From NCBI GenBank assembly GCA_047150005.1, contig AP038806.1:3008001-3072000 (forward strand): DNA of 64,000 nt. Reading direction: 5' to 3'. The notes under the pieces were generated by a model. The model was not told the origin of the DNA. It saw only the letters and a list, made by a program, of their open reading frames with translations, and ran no database searches. Positions 1 to 9,656 of the stretch are shown piece by piece. Position 1 is the first letter of the stretch. Each line of letters begins with the position of its first letter. The DNA comes from Nitrospira sp. Its GTDB lineage: Bacteria; Nitrospirota; Nitrospiria; Nitrospirales; Nitrospiraceae. The position numbers were made by a program, and so were the translations under genes.

Positions 1-455
1 CGGACGGGAAGTTTCTGTGGGAAGGCCGCCTGAATTTGAATGTGAGCGGAACGGCAGGAGAAGCTGTTCCGGTCGCGGTCGCGGTTCGACCCCATGCGAC
101 GGTGACTCAGGTTGCTCAAAAGAGCGATCCCGCGGGTCAGCCGTTCTTCCTGCTCCGGGTGCTCGACCGGGACACCGGACAGCTGATGTGGTTCGATCAA
201 TTCTCGACGGAGGGCGCGCGTGTCCGTGCAGAGCGTGTCAATCGGGCCGCCTCAAGCCTACGGCAGATCGATAGTCACGATGTCGATTTTCGTATCCGGA
301 TGTTCGACGGAGCGGGGCGGCGATTGCTCTGGGAAGATCGGGTCGCCGAAGCGTCTGAAGGAAGCCCCTCGTCCGAACTGATGGAGGACGGCGCCGGAGT
401 CATCCCCCAGTGGTTTGTCGGCCCGACGGATTCCGGGAGTCGAGAAGAGATGTGA
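1..455 (+). CDS. Hypothetical protein, 5'-truncated at window edge; PQQ-like beta-propeller repeat motifs
   Basis: Frame is open from base 3 (DGKFLWEGRL...). Repeated motifs DRDTGQLMW, DGAGRRLLW and DGKFLW resemble D.xG.LLW propeller blades. Confidence 0.5.
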   Translation, partial: DGKFLWEGRLNLNVSGTAGEAVPVAVAVRPHATVTQVAQKSDPAGQPFFLLRVLDRDTGQLMWFDQFSTEGARVRAERVNRAASSLRQIDSHDVDFRIRMFDGAGRRLLWEDRVAEASEGSPSSELMEDGAGVIPQWFVGPTDSGSREEM

Positions 456-457
456 TC

Positions 458-1888
458 CTACCCCTTGGCGAGTTCCCCTTTGAACTGGTCGGCCCAGCGG
501 GATTGGAACTGTTCGTAGGACAGGGACAGTTGCGATTGCATGGCCGCGCTGAGTGTCTGTCTGGCCTTGAGATGGGCCAGCAGCTGATTGACTCCGTGCA
601 GGCCGTAACGATCGATCATGTAGTGGACAGCGGAGTTCGCTTCCAGGTAAGCGACCGACGCCGTTTCGGTCGGCAGATTGCCCCAGCCTCCTTCCAGCGC
701 GGTCAACGGAATAAGGGCGATCTCCTGGTGTTTCACCGGTTGAATCTCCGACCACTGCTCGCCGGCAAGCTGCATGGCGAGTCCTTCGTTCAGCCATGTG
801 GGAATGGCGCTGCCGCTGCGCCCCTGCAAGTCGTGAAGGACCGCGTGGGCGAACTCATGCCGGAGAACCCTGGTGAGCCAGACCCGATCCGTTAGGGCTC
901 CTTGAGAGGGGATTTGAATCCGGCCCAGGACCGGATCGAACAGTCCGTCCGCCCATACCGGACTGCCGGTCGCGCTTTGAAAGGCCGCCTCTGCCTGCAG
1001 CACGACGACGATCGGCTTCGACGGGAAATGTCCGAGCCGTTGACCGATCTCCCGGTAGGCCTCTTCGAGAATGTCCTGCACCGTTGTCCACGTGGTCTGA
1101 TCCGCCTGCCCGTCGAACTTGACGATGAAGTGCGTGCTCTCGCGGCTGGCCAATGGCTCCTCCGCGTGATCCGTCTTGCGCAGTTTGGCGGCCACGGTCC
1201 GCAGATAGGATTGTACAGCCGGATCTTTTGCGGCGCGTTCCGTCGCCTGGTCGAGGTGCCTGGCCGCTTCCTTCAGGCGGTCCCGTTCCTGGAGGAGTTC
1301 CGCCATGGCCAGGTGGGGAAAAGGTTCGTCCGGGGCCAGGGCGATCAGCTTGTCGAGAAACTCCATCGTCATGGCCGGGTCCCGCAGCTCCCAATAGGCG
1401 TGGGCCAGATTCAGTTGGATCACCGGATTTTTGGGATCGAGGGAAGCGGCCTTCTTGAACGTCTGAACGGACTCCTTGGTTCCACCGGTCTTTTCCTGTT
1501 CGATCCCGACGTTGTTCCAGAGGACGGCGACGTACGGTCGGACGCCGGGGTCATTGATGGTTGAGGAGGAAAGATTCTCCAGCTTCGACATGGCTGCGGG
1601 GAAATCTCCCTTCTCCAGGTCGTCGCGGATGGCGGCCAAGAGATCCTGGTGTTTCGTGCGCGGAACCACGCTGTGATCGATGAGCCGCGTCTGTTTGGGG
1701 GCCGGTTCGACCGCCTCGACGGGAGGCGCGGTCTTCGGCGAGGAATTCGCCTCCGCGTTTTGCATGTCCGGAGTTTGACCGGGCGGTCGCTGCAGGTAGG
1801 TGGGCTTGAACCATGCTCCGTAGAGGATGATCAAGACCACGACGAGCGCGACCTTGTAGAGAAGATGCGAGATGTTTCGGCGATACAT
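458..1888 (-). CDS. Membrane-anchored TPR-repeat + peptidase MA-family zinc metallopeptidase
   Basis: N-terminal TM segment (LLYKVALVVVLIILYGAWF), TPR-like helices, HEFAH zinc motif followed by PTWLNEGLA. Start reassigned to MYRRN at 1888 because the longer ORF overlaps recG. Confidence 0.8.
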   Translation of the reverse strand: MYRRNISHLLYKVALVVVLIILYGAWFKPTYLQRPPGQTPDMQNAEANSSPKTAPPVEAVEPAPKQTRLIDHSVVPRTKHQDLLAAIRDDLEKGDFPAAMSKLENLSSSTINDPGVRPYVAVLWNNVGIEQEKTGGTKESVQTFKKAASLDPKNPVIQLNLAHAYWELRDPAMTMEFLDKLIALAPDEPFPHLAMAELLQERDRLKEAARHLDQATERAAKDPAVQSYLRTVAAKLRKTDHAEEPLASRESTHFIVKFDGQADQTTWTTVQDILEEAYREIGQRLGHFPSKPIVVVLQAEAAFQSATGSPVWADGLFDPVLGRIQIPSQGALTDRVWLTRVLRHEFAHAVLHDLQGRSGSAIPTWLNEGLAMQLAGEQWSEIQPVKHQEIALIPLTALEGGWGNLPTETASVAYLEANSAVHYMIDRYGLHGVNQLLAHLKARQTLSAAMQSQLSLSYEQFQSRWADQFKGELAKG

Positions 1889-2014
1889 GAGTTGACGGTG
1901 TTCTCGATGTGCCCTGAGTCTAACACCCAACAATCTTGCGGCAAAGAACTGTCGGCAAATCCTCAAGCCGCCGTCGTTGAGCCCACCCTGGGCCTGTGAT
2001 ACGATCCCGCCGAC

Positions 2015-4567
2015 ATGTGGCGCTCTGCCGAGGCCGAACCTTCCGAGTCCTTCCAGCGATGGCTGGACCGTCTGGCGCGACCGATTGAGTTCGCCACCCG
2101 CGATGCCGACGCCCGTCTCCCCATAATCAAGAATCTCGACAGCTTCGTGACCGACCAGGTCTCGCGGACCTTGTCCCGGCAGTCGTATCCGCGAGCGGTC
2201 GAAGCCTCTCTTCTGAAGTTGCGGGCGCTGTTCGGCACGGAACGTGGGAAGCTTTCGCCCGCCGACCAGCAACGACGGCTGTGTGAGGCCGCCTCAATCG
2301 TGCAGACCTTGCGCGCGATGCATCACCGGCCTCCCGCCGCGGAGGCGCCTGTTACGCCGACGGCCCCTTCCAGTGGTGGAGGCGGACTACGCGGTGCCCT
2401 GTGGTCTGTCCCCATCCGGTTCGTGAAGGGGGTCGGTCCCAAACGCACCGCGTTGCTCCAGCGGTTTGGAATCGAAACGGTCGAGCAGGCTCTGTGGACC
2501 ATCCCTTGGCGGTACGAGGATCGATCCGTCATCACGCCGATCGGGCAACTCGCGCCCGGGATGGACGCGTCGATTTGCGGCATTATCGTGCGCAGCGAGG
2601 CCAGACGCGCCCGGCATCGCCGGCTCAGTATTTTGGACATTTTCGTGGAAGACCGGACCGGTCGCATGCAGGCGGTGTTCTTTAACCAGCCCTTCCTGGA
2701 GCCGATTCTTGTCGTGGGCGTCACGGTGCTGCTGACAGGTCGCGTCGTTGCCGGGGCGCGGGGTTGGGTGGACACCAGAATGGACGTGTCCCAATACGAA
2801 GTCGTCGGGTCCGACGCGGAAGCGCCGGTGCATGTCGGGCGGATTGTGCCGATCTACCATGAAACGAAGGGCTGGACGTCGAGGCAAATGCGGCTGCTGA
2901 CGAAAGGATTGCTCGACGCCTATGCGGCCGGGATGCAGGAAATTCTTCCGACCGCGATGCGAGCCCGCTATCGATTGCCGCCGATCGACCAGGCGATCGA
3001 AGAGGTTCACTTCCCGCGGCCGGGTACGCCGATGCCCGCGCTCGAGCGCGGGCGGACGCCCGCGCATCGCCGTCTCGCGTTCGAGGAACTGCTCCTTCTG
3101 CAGTTGGCGCTTGCGGCGCGACAGGGTGCTCTCAAGGAAGAGCGCAAGCCCATGCGTTGTGATCCCAAGACGGCGCTCCTCGGCAAGTTGTCGCGACGCA
3201 TTCCCTTCAAGCTGACGGCGGCGCAACAGCGGGTCATCGGCGACATTGTGGCGGATATGACATCGCCGAAGCCGATGAACCGATTGGTCCAGGGAGATGT
3301 GGGATGCGGGAAGACGATGGTGGCGCTTCACGCAATGGTCCTTGCCTGCGGGTCCGGATATCAGGCCGCGCTGATGGCCCCCACGGAAATACTGGCGGAG
3401 CAACACTATCGGGCGCTGAAGGACCTGCTGGAATCGGTCGGGTTGTCGGTGGTGCTGATCAGCGGAGGCGGGCGAGTGAGCGAACGAAAGGCTGCGCGTG
3501 AACGAGTCGCGTCGGGTTCGGTGCAGGTGGCGATCGGAACGCACGCATTGATTCAGCAAGGTGTCACGTTCGCCAAGCTGGCGTTGGTGGTGATTGATGA
3601 ACAGCACCGATTCGGTGTGCTGCAGCGGAAGACCCTGGCCGAGAAGGGATATGCCTCGGATGTGCTGGTCCTGACGGCCACTCCCATCCCGAGAACGTTG
3701 GCCATGACCGTCTATGGAGATCTCGACGTCTCGGTCATCGATCAATTGCCCCCGGGCCGAAGGCCGGTCCGCACATTCCTCTATCAGGAGTCGCAACGAA
3801 GGCGCGCCTATCAGATCCTGAAAGACGAAGTGCGTTCGGGCCGCCAGGCCTATGTGGTCTACCCGCTGGTCGAGGAATCGGAGAAGGTCGACCTGCAGGC
3901 GGCCATCCAAGGCGCCGATCGGCTTCGCACGGAGGAGTTGTCCGAATTCCATGTGGAGGTCCTCCATGGGCGGATGAAATCGGCGGACAAGGACCGGACG
4001 ATGGAGGACTTCAAGAAGGGCAAAATTCAGGTCCTGGTCTCGACCACCGTCGTCGAAGTCGGGGTCGACGTCCCCAATGCCACGGTCATGCTGATCGAGC
4101 ATGCCGAGCGTTTCGGGCTGGCGCAGCTTCATCAGTTACGGGGACGGGTGGGGCGCGGTGAACACCAGTCCTATTGCTTGTTGATGACATCAGGGCAGGA
4201 GAGGGGTAAAGGGGTAGTGGGCCAAGGGAGTACTGATACCGCTCTACCCCGATATCCCCCTACACAGCTAACGGTGGCCCGTGAGCGGTTGGAAGCATTG
4301 GTCCGGTCGACCGACGGGTTCGTCATTGCCGAAGAAGACCTGCGGATTCGCGGACCCGGAGAATTCTTCGGTTATCGTCAGTGGGGACTGCCGGAATTTC
4401 GCGTGGCTGATTTGATCCGTGATGCCGACCTGCTCCAGCAAGCTCGGCAGGAGGCATTCGCCCTGTTGAAGAACGATGGAACATTGGCCGCTCCTGCCCA
4501 TCGCGCATTACGCGACGCGATGATGCGGAGGTGGGAAAAAAAGTTGGACTTGGGATCAGTCAGTTGA
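2015..4567 (+). CDS. recG: ATP-dependent DNA helicase RecG
   Basis: QGDVGCGKT, DEQHRFGV, TATPIPRTL, LHQLRGRVGRG and DGFVIAEEDLRIRGPGE motifs plus a wedge domain. Confidence 0.97.
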   Translation: MWRSAEAEPSESFQRWLDRLARPIEFATRDADARLPIIKNLDSFVTDQVSRTLSRQSYPRAVEASLLKLRALFGTERGKLSPADQQRRLCEAASIVQTLRAMHHRPPAAEAPVTPTAPSSGGGGLRGALWSVPIRFVKGVGPKRTALLQRFGIETVEQALWTIPWRYEDRSVITPIGQLAPGMDASICGIIVRSEARRARHRRLSILDIFVEDRTGRMQAVFFNQPFLEPILVVGVTVLLTGRVVAGARGWVDTRMDVSQYEVVGSDAEAPVHVGRIVPIYHETKGWTSRQMRLLTKGLLDAYAAGMQEILPTAMRARYRLPPIDQAIEEVHFPRPGTPMPALERGRTPAHRRLAFEELLLLQLALAARQGALKEERKPMRCDPKTALLGKLSRRIPFKLTAAQQRVIGDIVADMTSPKPMNRLVQGDVGCGKTMVALHAMVLACGSGYQAALMAPTEILAEQHYRALKDLLESVGLSVVLISGGGRVSERKAARERVASGSVQVAIGTHALIQQGVTFAKLALVVIDEQHRFGVLQRKTLAEKGYASDVLVLTATPIPRTLAMTVYGDLDVSVIDQLPPGRRPVRTFLYQESQRRRAYQILKDEVRSGRQAYVVYPLVEESEKVDLQAAIQGADRLRTEELSEFHVEVLHGRMKSADKDRTMEDFKKGKIQVLVSTTVVEVGVDVPNATVMLIEHAERFGLAQLHQLRGRVGRGEHQSYCLLMTSGQERGKGVVGQGSTDTALPRYPPTQLTVARERLEALVRSTDGFVIAEEDLRIRGPGEFFGYRQWGLPEFRVADLIRDADLLQQARQEAFALLKNDGTLAAPAHRALRDAMMRRWEKKLDLGSVS

Positions 4568-4724
4568 AAGATGCGGATCCTGACCTCGACCAGATGCCTA
4601 GTTATCCTCGCTCCACCCATTCCCCAGTGGGTCCCTTACGCTGCGGGCTAATAGGTATCCGGTCGAGGTCACCCGCTTGAGCGGAAGATTGATCCCAAAG
4701 AGAGAAGTAGACAGAGGAAAAAGA

Positions 4725-5048
4725 ATGGGGTTATTGCAACGGTTGAAGCATGATCTGAAGGCCGGTCTCGCGACCATCCGTCTTGGAACGGCCCAGGCCG
4801 CCAATCGCGCGCTGGAGGAAACCGAACTTCTGCGGCTGCGTCTAGAAGCGCGCAAAATCGATCAACGTCTCATCGAGTTCTATCGCGACCTGGGCGAGCG
4901 GGCGGTGGATCTCCGTGAAGCGGGCGAGCCGGCTGAGCGCGTGCTGTACGATGCGGAGGTCGGCAGGCTCGTGGCCGAGATCCATCAACTCAAGCATGCC
5001 GTTCGGAAGATCGAAGCCGAAATGCATGAAATCAGAAATCCCGAATGA
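4725..5048 (+). CDS. Small coiled-coil hypothetical protein
   Basis: ATG after AGAGGA; helical heptad pattern; stop overlaps the ppx start (ATGA coupling). Confidence 0.75.
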   Translation: MGLLQRLKHDLKAGLATIRLGTAQAANRALEETELLRLRLEARKIDQRLIEFYRDLGERAVDLREAGEPAERVLYDAEVGRLVAEIHQLKHAVRKIEAEMHEIRNPE

Positions 5049-5980
5049 GCCCGGTGCGTCTTGCCGGAATCGATATCGGTACGTTGACCTGCCGATTGCT
5101 GATCGCCGATCTCCTCCCCGACGGCCGTCTCAGGGAAGTCCATGCCGAGCGCCGGATCCTCAGGCTGGGCGAAGGGGTCGATCGATCGAAACGATTGAGT
5201 GCGGCCGCGATGGAGCGCGTCGTTCACTGTCTCAAGGAATGGCATGGGGCCGTCGGCGAGCATCGGGTCGACGGCTGCGCCGTGGTGGCGACGAGCGCCG
5301 TGCGCGACGCAGCGAATCGGAGCGAGTTTCTCGCGCTCGTCACGCGTGAGACCGGGTTCACCGTCGAAGTCATTTCCGGTGACGAAGAAGCCCGCCGTAC
5401 GATGCGCGGCATTCGTTCCGGCCTGCACGCCGGCGTGAACGGGGTTCTGGCGCTCGACATCGGCGGGGGGAGCACGGAATTCATTCTTGATCTTCCGGGT
5501 CAACAGCCGGTTGTGAAATCGATCGACGTCGGCGTCGTCAGGCTCAGCGAGCGAATCCTGCACCACGATCCGCCGACGACAGCGGAAATTCAGCGGGCTT
5601 GCGAATGGGTCGGGCAAGAAACAGAACGGGCCGTCGCCAGCATGCCGCCGCGATGCGACCTCACGTTCGTCGGCACGGCCGGCACGATCACGTCCCTGGC
5701 CGCCATGGCGCAGAAACTCCCTGCCTACGAACCGGCCCGCATCCATAACTACAGGCTGACACTCGAAATCATTCGTGATCTTGAGCGGCAATTGCTCAGT
5801 CGGACGAAAGCGGAGCGGATCGGCATGCCCGGTCTCGAAAAGAACCGCGAAGACGTCATCGCCGCCGGCGCGATCATTATTCGCACCATCATGGAAACGC
5901 TCGGAGAGAATGAATGTCTCGTGAGTGATTTGGGCTTGCGAGAAGGGGTGCTGATTGAACTGGCGATGCGGACACGATAA
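5045..5980 (+). CDS. ppx: Ppx/GppA family exopolyphosphatase / pppGpp phosphohydrolase (short form)
   Basis: IDIGT, RLGEG, ATSAVRDAAN, EEAR, DIGGGSTE and GLREG motifs. Confidence 0.92.
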   Translation: MSPVRLAGIDIGTLTCRLLIADLLPDGRLREVHAERRILRLGEGVDRSKRLSAAAMERVVHCLKEWHGAVGEHRVDGCAVVATSAVRDAANRSEFLALVTRETGFTVEVISGDEEARRTMRGIRSGLHAGVNGVLALDIGGGSTEFILDLPGQQPVVKSIDVGVVRLSERILHHDPPTTAEIQRACEWVGQETERAVASMPPRCDLTFVGTAGTITSLAAMAQKLPAYEPARIHNYRLTLEIIRDLERQLLSRTKAERIGMPGLEKNREDVIAAGAIIIRTIMETLGENECLVSDLGLREGVLIELAMRTR

Positions 5981-6003
5981 ATGCGAAGATCCAATACTCT
6001 GCC

Positions 6004-6388
6004 ATGAAGGAGCTTGATCCAAATAACATATGGTCTGGTTTTACATTCTTTATACGATTGTGCCAGGTGATGATAATTTTGTGCGCTGGAGCCTGGCTAG
6101 GTGCTTTTGGGACCAGACGAAATTGCTCCAACCTTGAAGAACTACTACCTTCTCAAGGCCAAAGAGTACTACTCGTCCAGCGAATGGCCTAGAGATTGTG
6201 AAAAGTATAAGTATTGGGAAGGCCTGCCACGCTGGCGCTATAGCTGGTGCTCTCATAATGAGGGCTCGCCACGAGGAACTTGGTGTGGACTGGGATTATG
6301 TCGAGAAATGGAAGGGCAAATTGGGTCTTGCCTGATCGTCGCGAGTATTATCTCTGTGAGTACCACCGAAACCCTTTGTTCTCCGTGA
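6004..6388 (+). pseudogene. Low-GC, apparently frameshifted membrane-anchored hypothetical gene remnant
   Basis: AT-richer than the flanks. Overlapping short ORFs 6004-6192, 6101-6388 and 6280-6480 read like pieces of one protein. Confidence 0.35.
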
Positions 6389-7838
6389 ACGTCGTTTTCG
6401 GCGTCCCGCCGGGTTTTTCGAGCAGCAACACCTTAAAATCGATGAGGCCGAACCAGGCCGGGTCCGCCACGTCGTGGTAATGGGTGCCCTGCAGCTTTGG
6501 GAGCATGTCGCCCAGGGTCTGCTTGAGCTCCTTCTCCGTATAGGCTCGCACCACAAATGGTTTATGTATTGCCTGGCAAAAGCGTTGAATCGTATAGGCA
6601 GCGCCGGTACAGAGGACTTTGGTATCAGGCTTGATTGCCAGGAAATGAGGAAGTGGAAGGTACTGTTCCTGGAAGCCGAGCCAGCGCACGGCCTGTCGCA
6701 GGTGACTGTACTGCACTTCGTATTCTGTATGTCCCGGGAGCTTCACCGGTGCGGGCCAGCCGTCCTCGATTCCGAACTCCGTCAGGAACGCCTTTCCTCC
6801 CGGCTTGAGCACGCGCCATAACTCTGCCACGAAACGAAACGGACCGAGGTTGAAGATCGCGTCATCCGGAACCTCATCTCCGATCGGGAGGCGCACCCGT
6901 CTGATCCAATCTAGCGCTTCCTGATGCTGCGGCGTGTCGCCGCTGCCGGAGGTCAGTTCCCGTCTAGACAGCTTCACCGGCGTCATGTCGGCCATGTTTT
7001 CGTTGTCGATGACAAGGTCGACGGAATTATCCTTGAAAGGAAGGAATTCTCCGTTCGCCCGGGCGCCGGTGCAGGACCAGCCTCCTTCCGATGCACGGAC
7101 CAACTGTCGTTTCAGAAAGGGCCTGGTGATGTCGACGGACAGATATGTCACGCCCTGCTTCTCAAAGGGCAGGAGCTCTTTACCCAGCTCTCGCGCCACA
7201 TAGCCCAGTCCGCCGCCGATCTCCACCAGCACCTTGGGTTTGGGACTGAACCAGCCGAGCCGGCGCAGCTTCTGCATAAGCAGCCGCCCATATGAAAGGC
7301 CGTTGAGCGTCTCGTTCGGCTCCCGGAAGAGGTGGGAGACAGTCGTTTCGATCACATCGAAGTGCCCGTCGTCCTCTCGGTCGTCGTTGAGCCCATGCAC
7401 GTGAAAGTCCTCGAGATGCTCCTCGCCTTCAAACCCGTCCTGACCGGACCACCCCTCTCGGATTTGCTGGAGCAGCACATCCCACTTGGCTTTGTGCCGA
7501 TGTCCGCCCGGAGGTTCGGCCCCGTAGAAGCATAGAGAATAGGTGGGCAGAGACCAGCGTTCCAGGTGCCACCGGCCCGGCTCCCCATCGGGGCCGCAGA
7601 CTTTCTCGCCGTACTTCTCCAGCAGCGCGCCCACAGTGGTATGCCCGTTCATCGCCTTGAGCATTTCAAGGCCGGTCCGATTGAGCCGGACAATCGGCAG
7701 ATTGTCGTCGAGCGGGGCGAACCACCATTCGTCTTCGCCGTGCTGATAGGCGACCAGATCGGGAACGTGCCAGGACAAGAGTGCGAGGGTCTCTCCCTCA
7801 AGGGAGCGTGGATCGTGAAGGGCGATCGCGGGTTTCAT
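6348..7838 (-). CDS. Class I SAM-dependent methyltransferase with N-terminal PqqD/RRE-like domain
   Basis: VEIGGGLG SAM motif, LPFKDNSVDLV, RVLKPGG; N-terminal RLNRTGLEMLKAMNGHTTVGALL. Confidence 0.8.
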   Translation of the reverse strand: MKPAIALHDPRSLEGETLALLSWHVPDLVAYQHGEDEWWFAPLDDNLPIVRLNRTGLEMLKAMNGHTTVGALLEKYGEKVCGPDGEPGRWHLERWSLPTYSLCFYGAEPPGGHRHKAKWDVLLQQIREGWSGQDGFEGEEHLEDFHVHGLNDDREDDGHFDVIETTVSHLFREPNETLNGLSYGRLLMQKLRRLGWFSPKPKVLVEIGGGLGYVARELGKELLPFEKQGVTYLSVDITRPFLKRQLVRASEGGWSCTGARANGEFLPFKDNSVDLVIDNENMADMTPVKLSRRELTSGSGDTPQHQEALDWIRRVRLPIGDEVPDDAIFNLGPFRFVAELWRVLKPGGKAFLTEFGIEDGWPAPVKLPGHTEYEVQYSHLRQAVRWLGFQEQYLPLPHFLAIKPDTKVLCTGAAYTIQRFCQAIHKPFVVRAYTEKELKQTLGDMLPKLQGTHYHDVADPAWFGLIDFKVLLLEKPGGTPKTTFTENKGFRWYSQR

Positions 7839-7978
7839 GGATGAGGATTCCAGTTCGAGCGTCGCAGCCTACATGAGGATGCGCGCATCCCGCAAGATGC
7901 GAAACGACGCGGTTCTCCTGCCGATGGCGAGCGCGGAGGATGTGAGTGTCGGCTGGAGGACCGAAATCGGTCAGTCGT

Positions 7979-8350
7979 TCACAGTTGGGAGGGCTGTTGT
8001 GAGTCGGTGACGGTCAGGATCCCGTACATAATCGGGTGCACGCGGCAGATGTAGGGATATTTTCCCGGGGCAAGGCCTGAGATCGTGAAGCTGTCGTTGG
8101 GGAGTACCAGACCGGAGTCGAAGGCACAGGACGCACCGTCCTCCATGCATCCGATATGGGTGATCGTATGTTCCGTGGGGGTCGGATTGTCCCATCTGAT
8201 GGAGGCCCCGCTGGAGACGGTGGCGGATTTCGGTACAAAATATGGCGAACCGCTGTCGATGATGATGGACGTGTAAGGGGCGGTGGCCGTTGTCGGACCG
8301 GCTCCCACGAGGGCACACACAACCAAACTGGTAAAGATGCGCAGTCTCAT
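7979..8350 (-). CDS. Periplasmic cupredoxin (blue copper protein)
   Basis: Signal peptide; EHTI...YICRVHPIMYG supplies the H/C/H/M type-1 copper ligands. Start at MRLRIF. Confidence 0.88.
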   Translation of the reverse strand: MRLRIFTSLVVCALVGAGPTTATAPYTSIIIDSGSPYFVPKSATVSSGASIRWDNPTPTEHTITHIGCMEDGASCAFDSGLVLPNDSFTISGLAPGKYPYICRVHPIMYGILTVTDSQQPSQL

Positions 8351-8480
8351 ACGGTAGCCTCGACCTCTCCTAAAGCTTAACCATTGTACCATGCCGATCA
8401 AGGGGGGCCTATCCTGCCCGAACCCCTTGTCTTGACCCGTACGGGCAATTATACGATTCTCCTGAGGGCTACACACAAGT

Positions 8481-9500
8481 ATGAGAACCAATATGACTCA
8501 GCCGGTGGTACCGCGTGCAGGGAGAATGAGGTTGTTCGCGGGCGTGTTGATCTTCGGCGCCGCCTCCGGAATTGCCGATGCGTTTACCCTTACCGAGCCG
8601 GCGGAAGATACGGTGCTTCGTTCCGGCGGCAGCGTGGCGGTGACCGTACGAGGCGGCAATAATAATGACGTCAATATCCGGGCCATCCGCTATTACTGGT
8701 ATCGGTTCGACGAGGAGCCCGTGGCTTCTCACCAGGCGTCTCCGGCCCGGTTCACGGCTACGGACGGCGGTGCGCCGTTTTCCGGCCGGGTTGAAATCCC
8801 GAGCGAAGCAATCGGGGCCATGCGCCTGCTGGCCATCGGCGAAGTGACCAGAGGGCGGTTGGGGACGACTGAGGACTTCGACGAGGTGATCGTGCAGGTC
8901 AAGCCCGACGTTCCGTTGACGTCGATCGAGTTTTCCGTCCAGCGGCCGTGGCGACTCGACACGATCGGGAAGCGGATTCCCGTGCCGGCCGTCGGCCAAT
9001 TCGACGACGGGATCGCGCGCCCGCTCACAGGCCCGTCGTCCGAGAGTCGATTCCAGTCATCGAACGAAGAAGTGGTCTCCGTGGACGAGGCGGGGATTCT
9101 GCGGGTGACGGGCAATGGCCGCGCCCAGGTCACGGTCGAGAATCAAGGGACAGTAGGGACGATCCAGGTCGTGGTGGCCGCAGATCCCAGTCCGAATCGT
9201 CCGCCGGTCGCGGCGCTTGAGCGGGAATTGCAGGTCCGGTCCGGTCAACTGGTGGTCTTGGACGGCCTACGGAGTCGTGACCCCGATGGAGATCCATTGC
9301 GATATGAATGGCGGCAGCTCAGGGGGCCGCGCGTGGCCTTGTCGAGCGTGGACGAGGTCAAGGCGACCTTTGTGGCGCCGAAGGTTTCCGAGCGCAAGCT
9401 GTTTCAATTTTCATTGACCGTGATCGACATGGCCGGGCCCGACCGCGTCAAGGGCGCCGAAAGCGCACCAGCCGTTATTTCCGTCTGGGTCGGTCCGTGA
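8481..9500 (+). CDS. Secreted Ig-like (Big_2) / PKD domain protein
   Basis: Signal peptide; FQSSNEEVVSVDEAG (Big_2-like) and NRPPVA...LDGLRSRDPDGDPLRYEWRQ (PKD-like). Confidence 0.8.
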   Translation: MRTNMTQPVVPRAGRMRLFAGVLIFGAASGIADAFTLTEPAEDTVLRSGGSVAVTVRGGNNNDVNIRAIRYYWYRFDEEPVASHQASPARFTATDGGAPFSGRVEIPSEAIGAMRLLAIGEVTRGRLGTTEDFDEVIVQVKPDVPLTSIEFSVQRPWRLDTIGKRIPVPAVGQFDDGIARPLTGPSSESRFQSSNEEVVSVDEAGILRVTGNGRAQVTVENQGTVGTIQVVVAADPSPNRPPVAALERELQVRSGQLVVLDGLRSRDPDGDPLRYEWRQLRGPRVALSSVDEVKATFVAPKVSERKLFQFSLTVIDMAGPDRVKGAESAPAVISVWVGP

Positions 9501-9656
9501 GCGGCTCAGAAGGGTGAATCTCCCATGGCTCCGGCGGTACCTGAGGGGTGATATTTCATCCCGGCTCGACGACTGCAGCAGGCCGTTGCAAGACGCAGAG
9601 CGTTCATGCTAGATGGAACCCAGGTCAGCATTCGCGGTGGCTGGAGGAGTCATTCA

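Noticed and set aside
1889..2272. N-terminal extension of the 604-aa ORF
   Set aside because: It is antisense to recG; a plausible TM-anchored start lies at 1888.
2387..4132. Long antisense ORFs (also 15025-17406, 20886-21962, 45221-46411 and others)
   Set aside because: Shadow frames of GC-rich real genes with no motifs.
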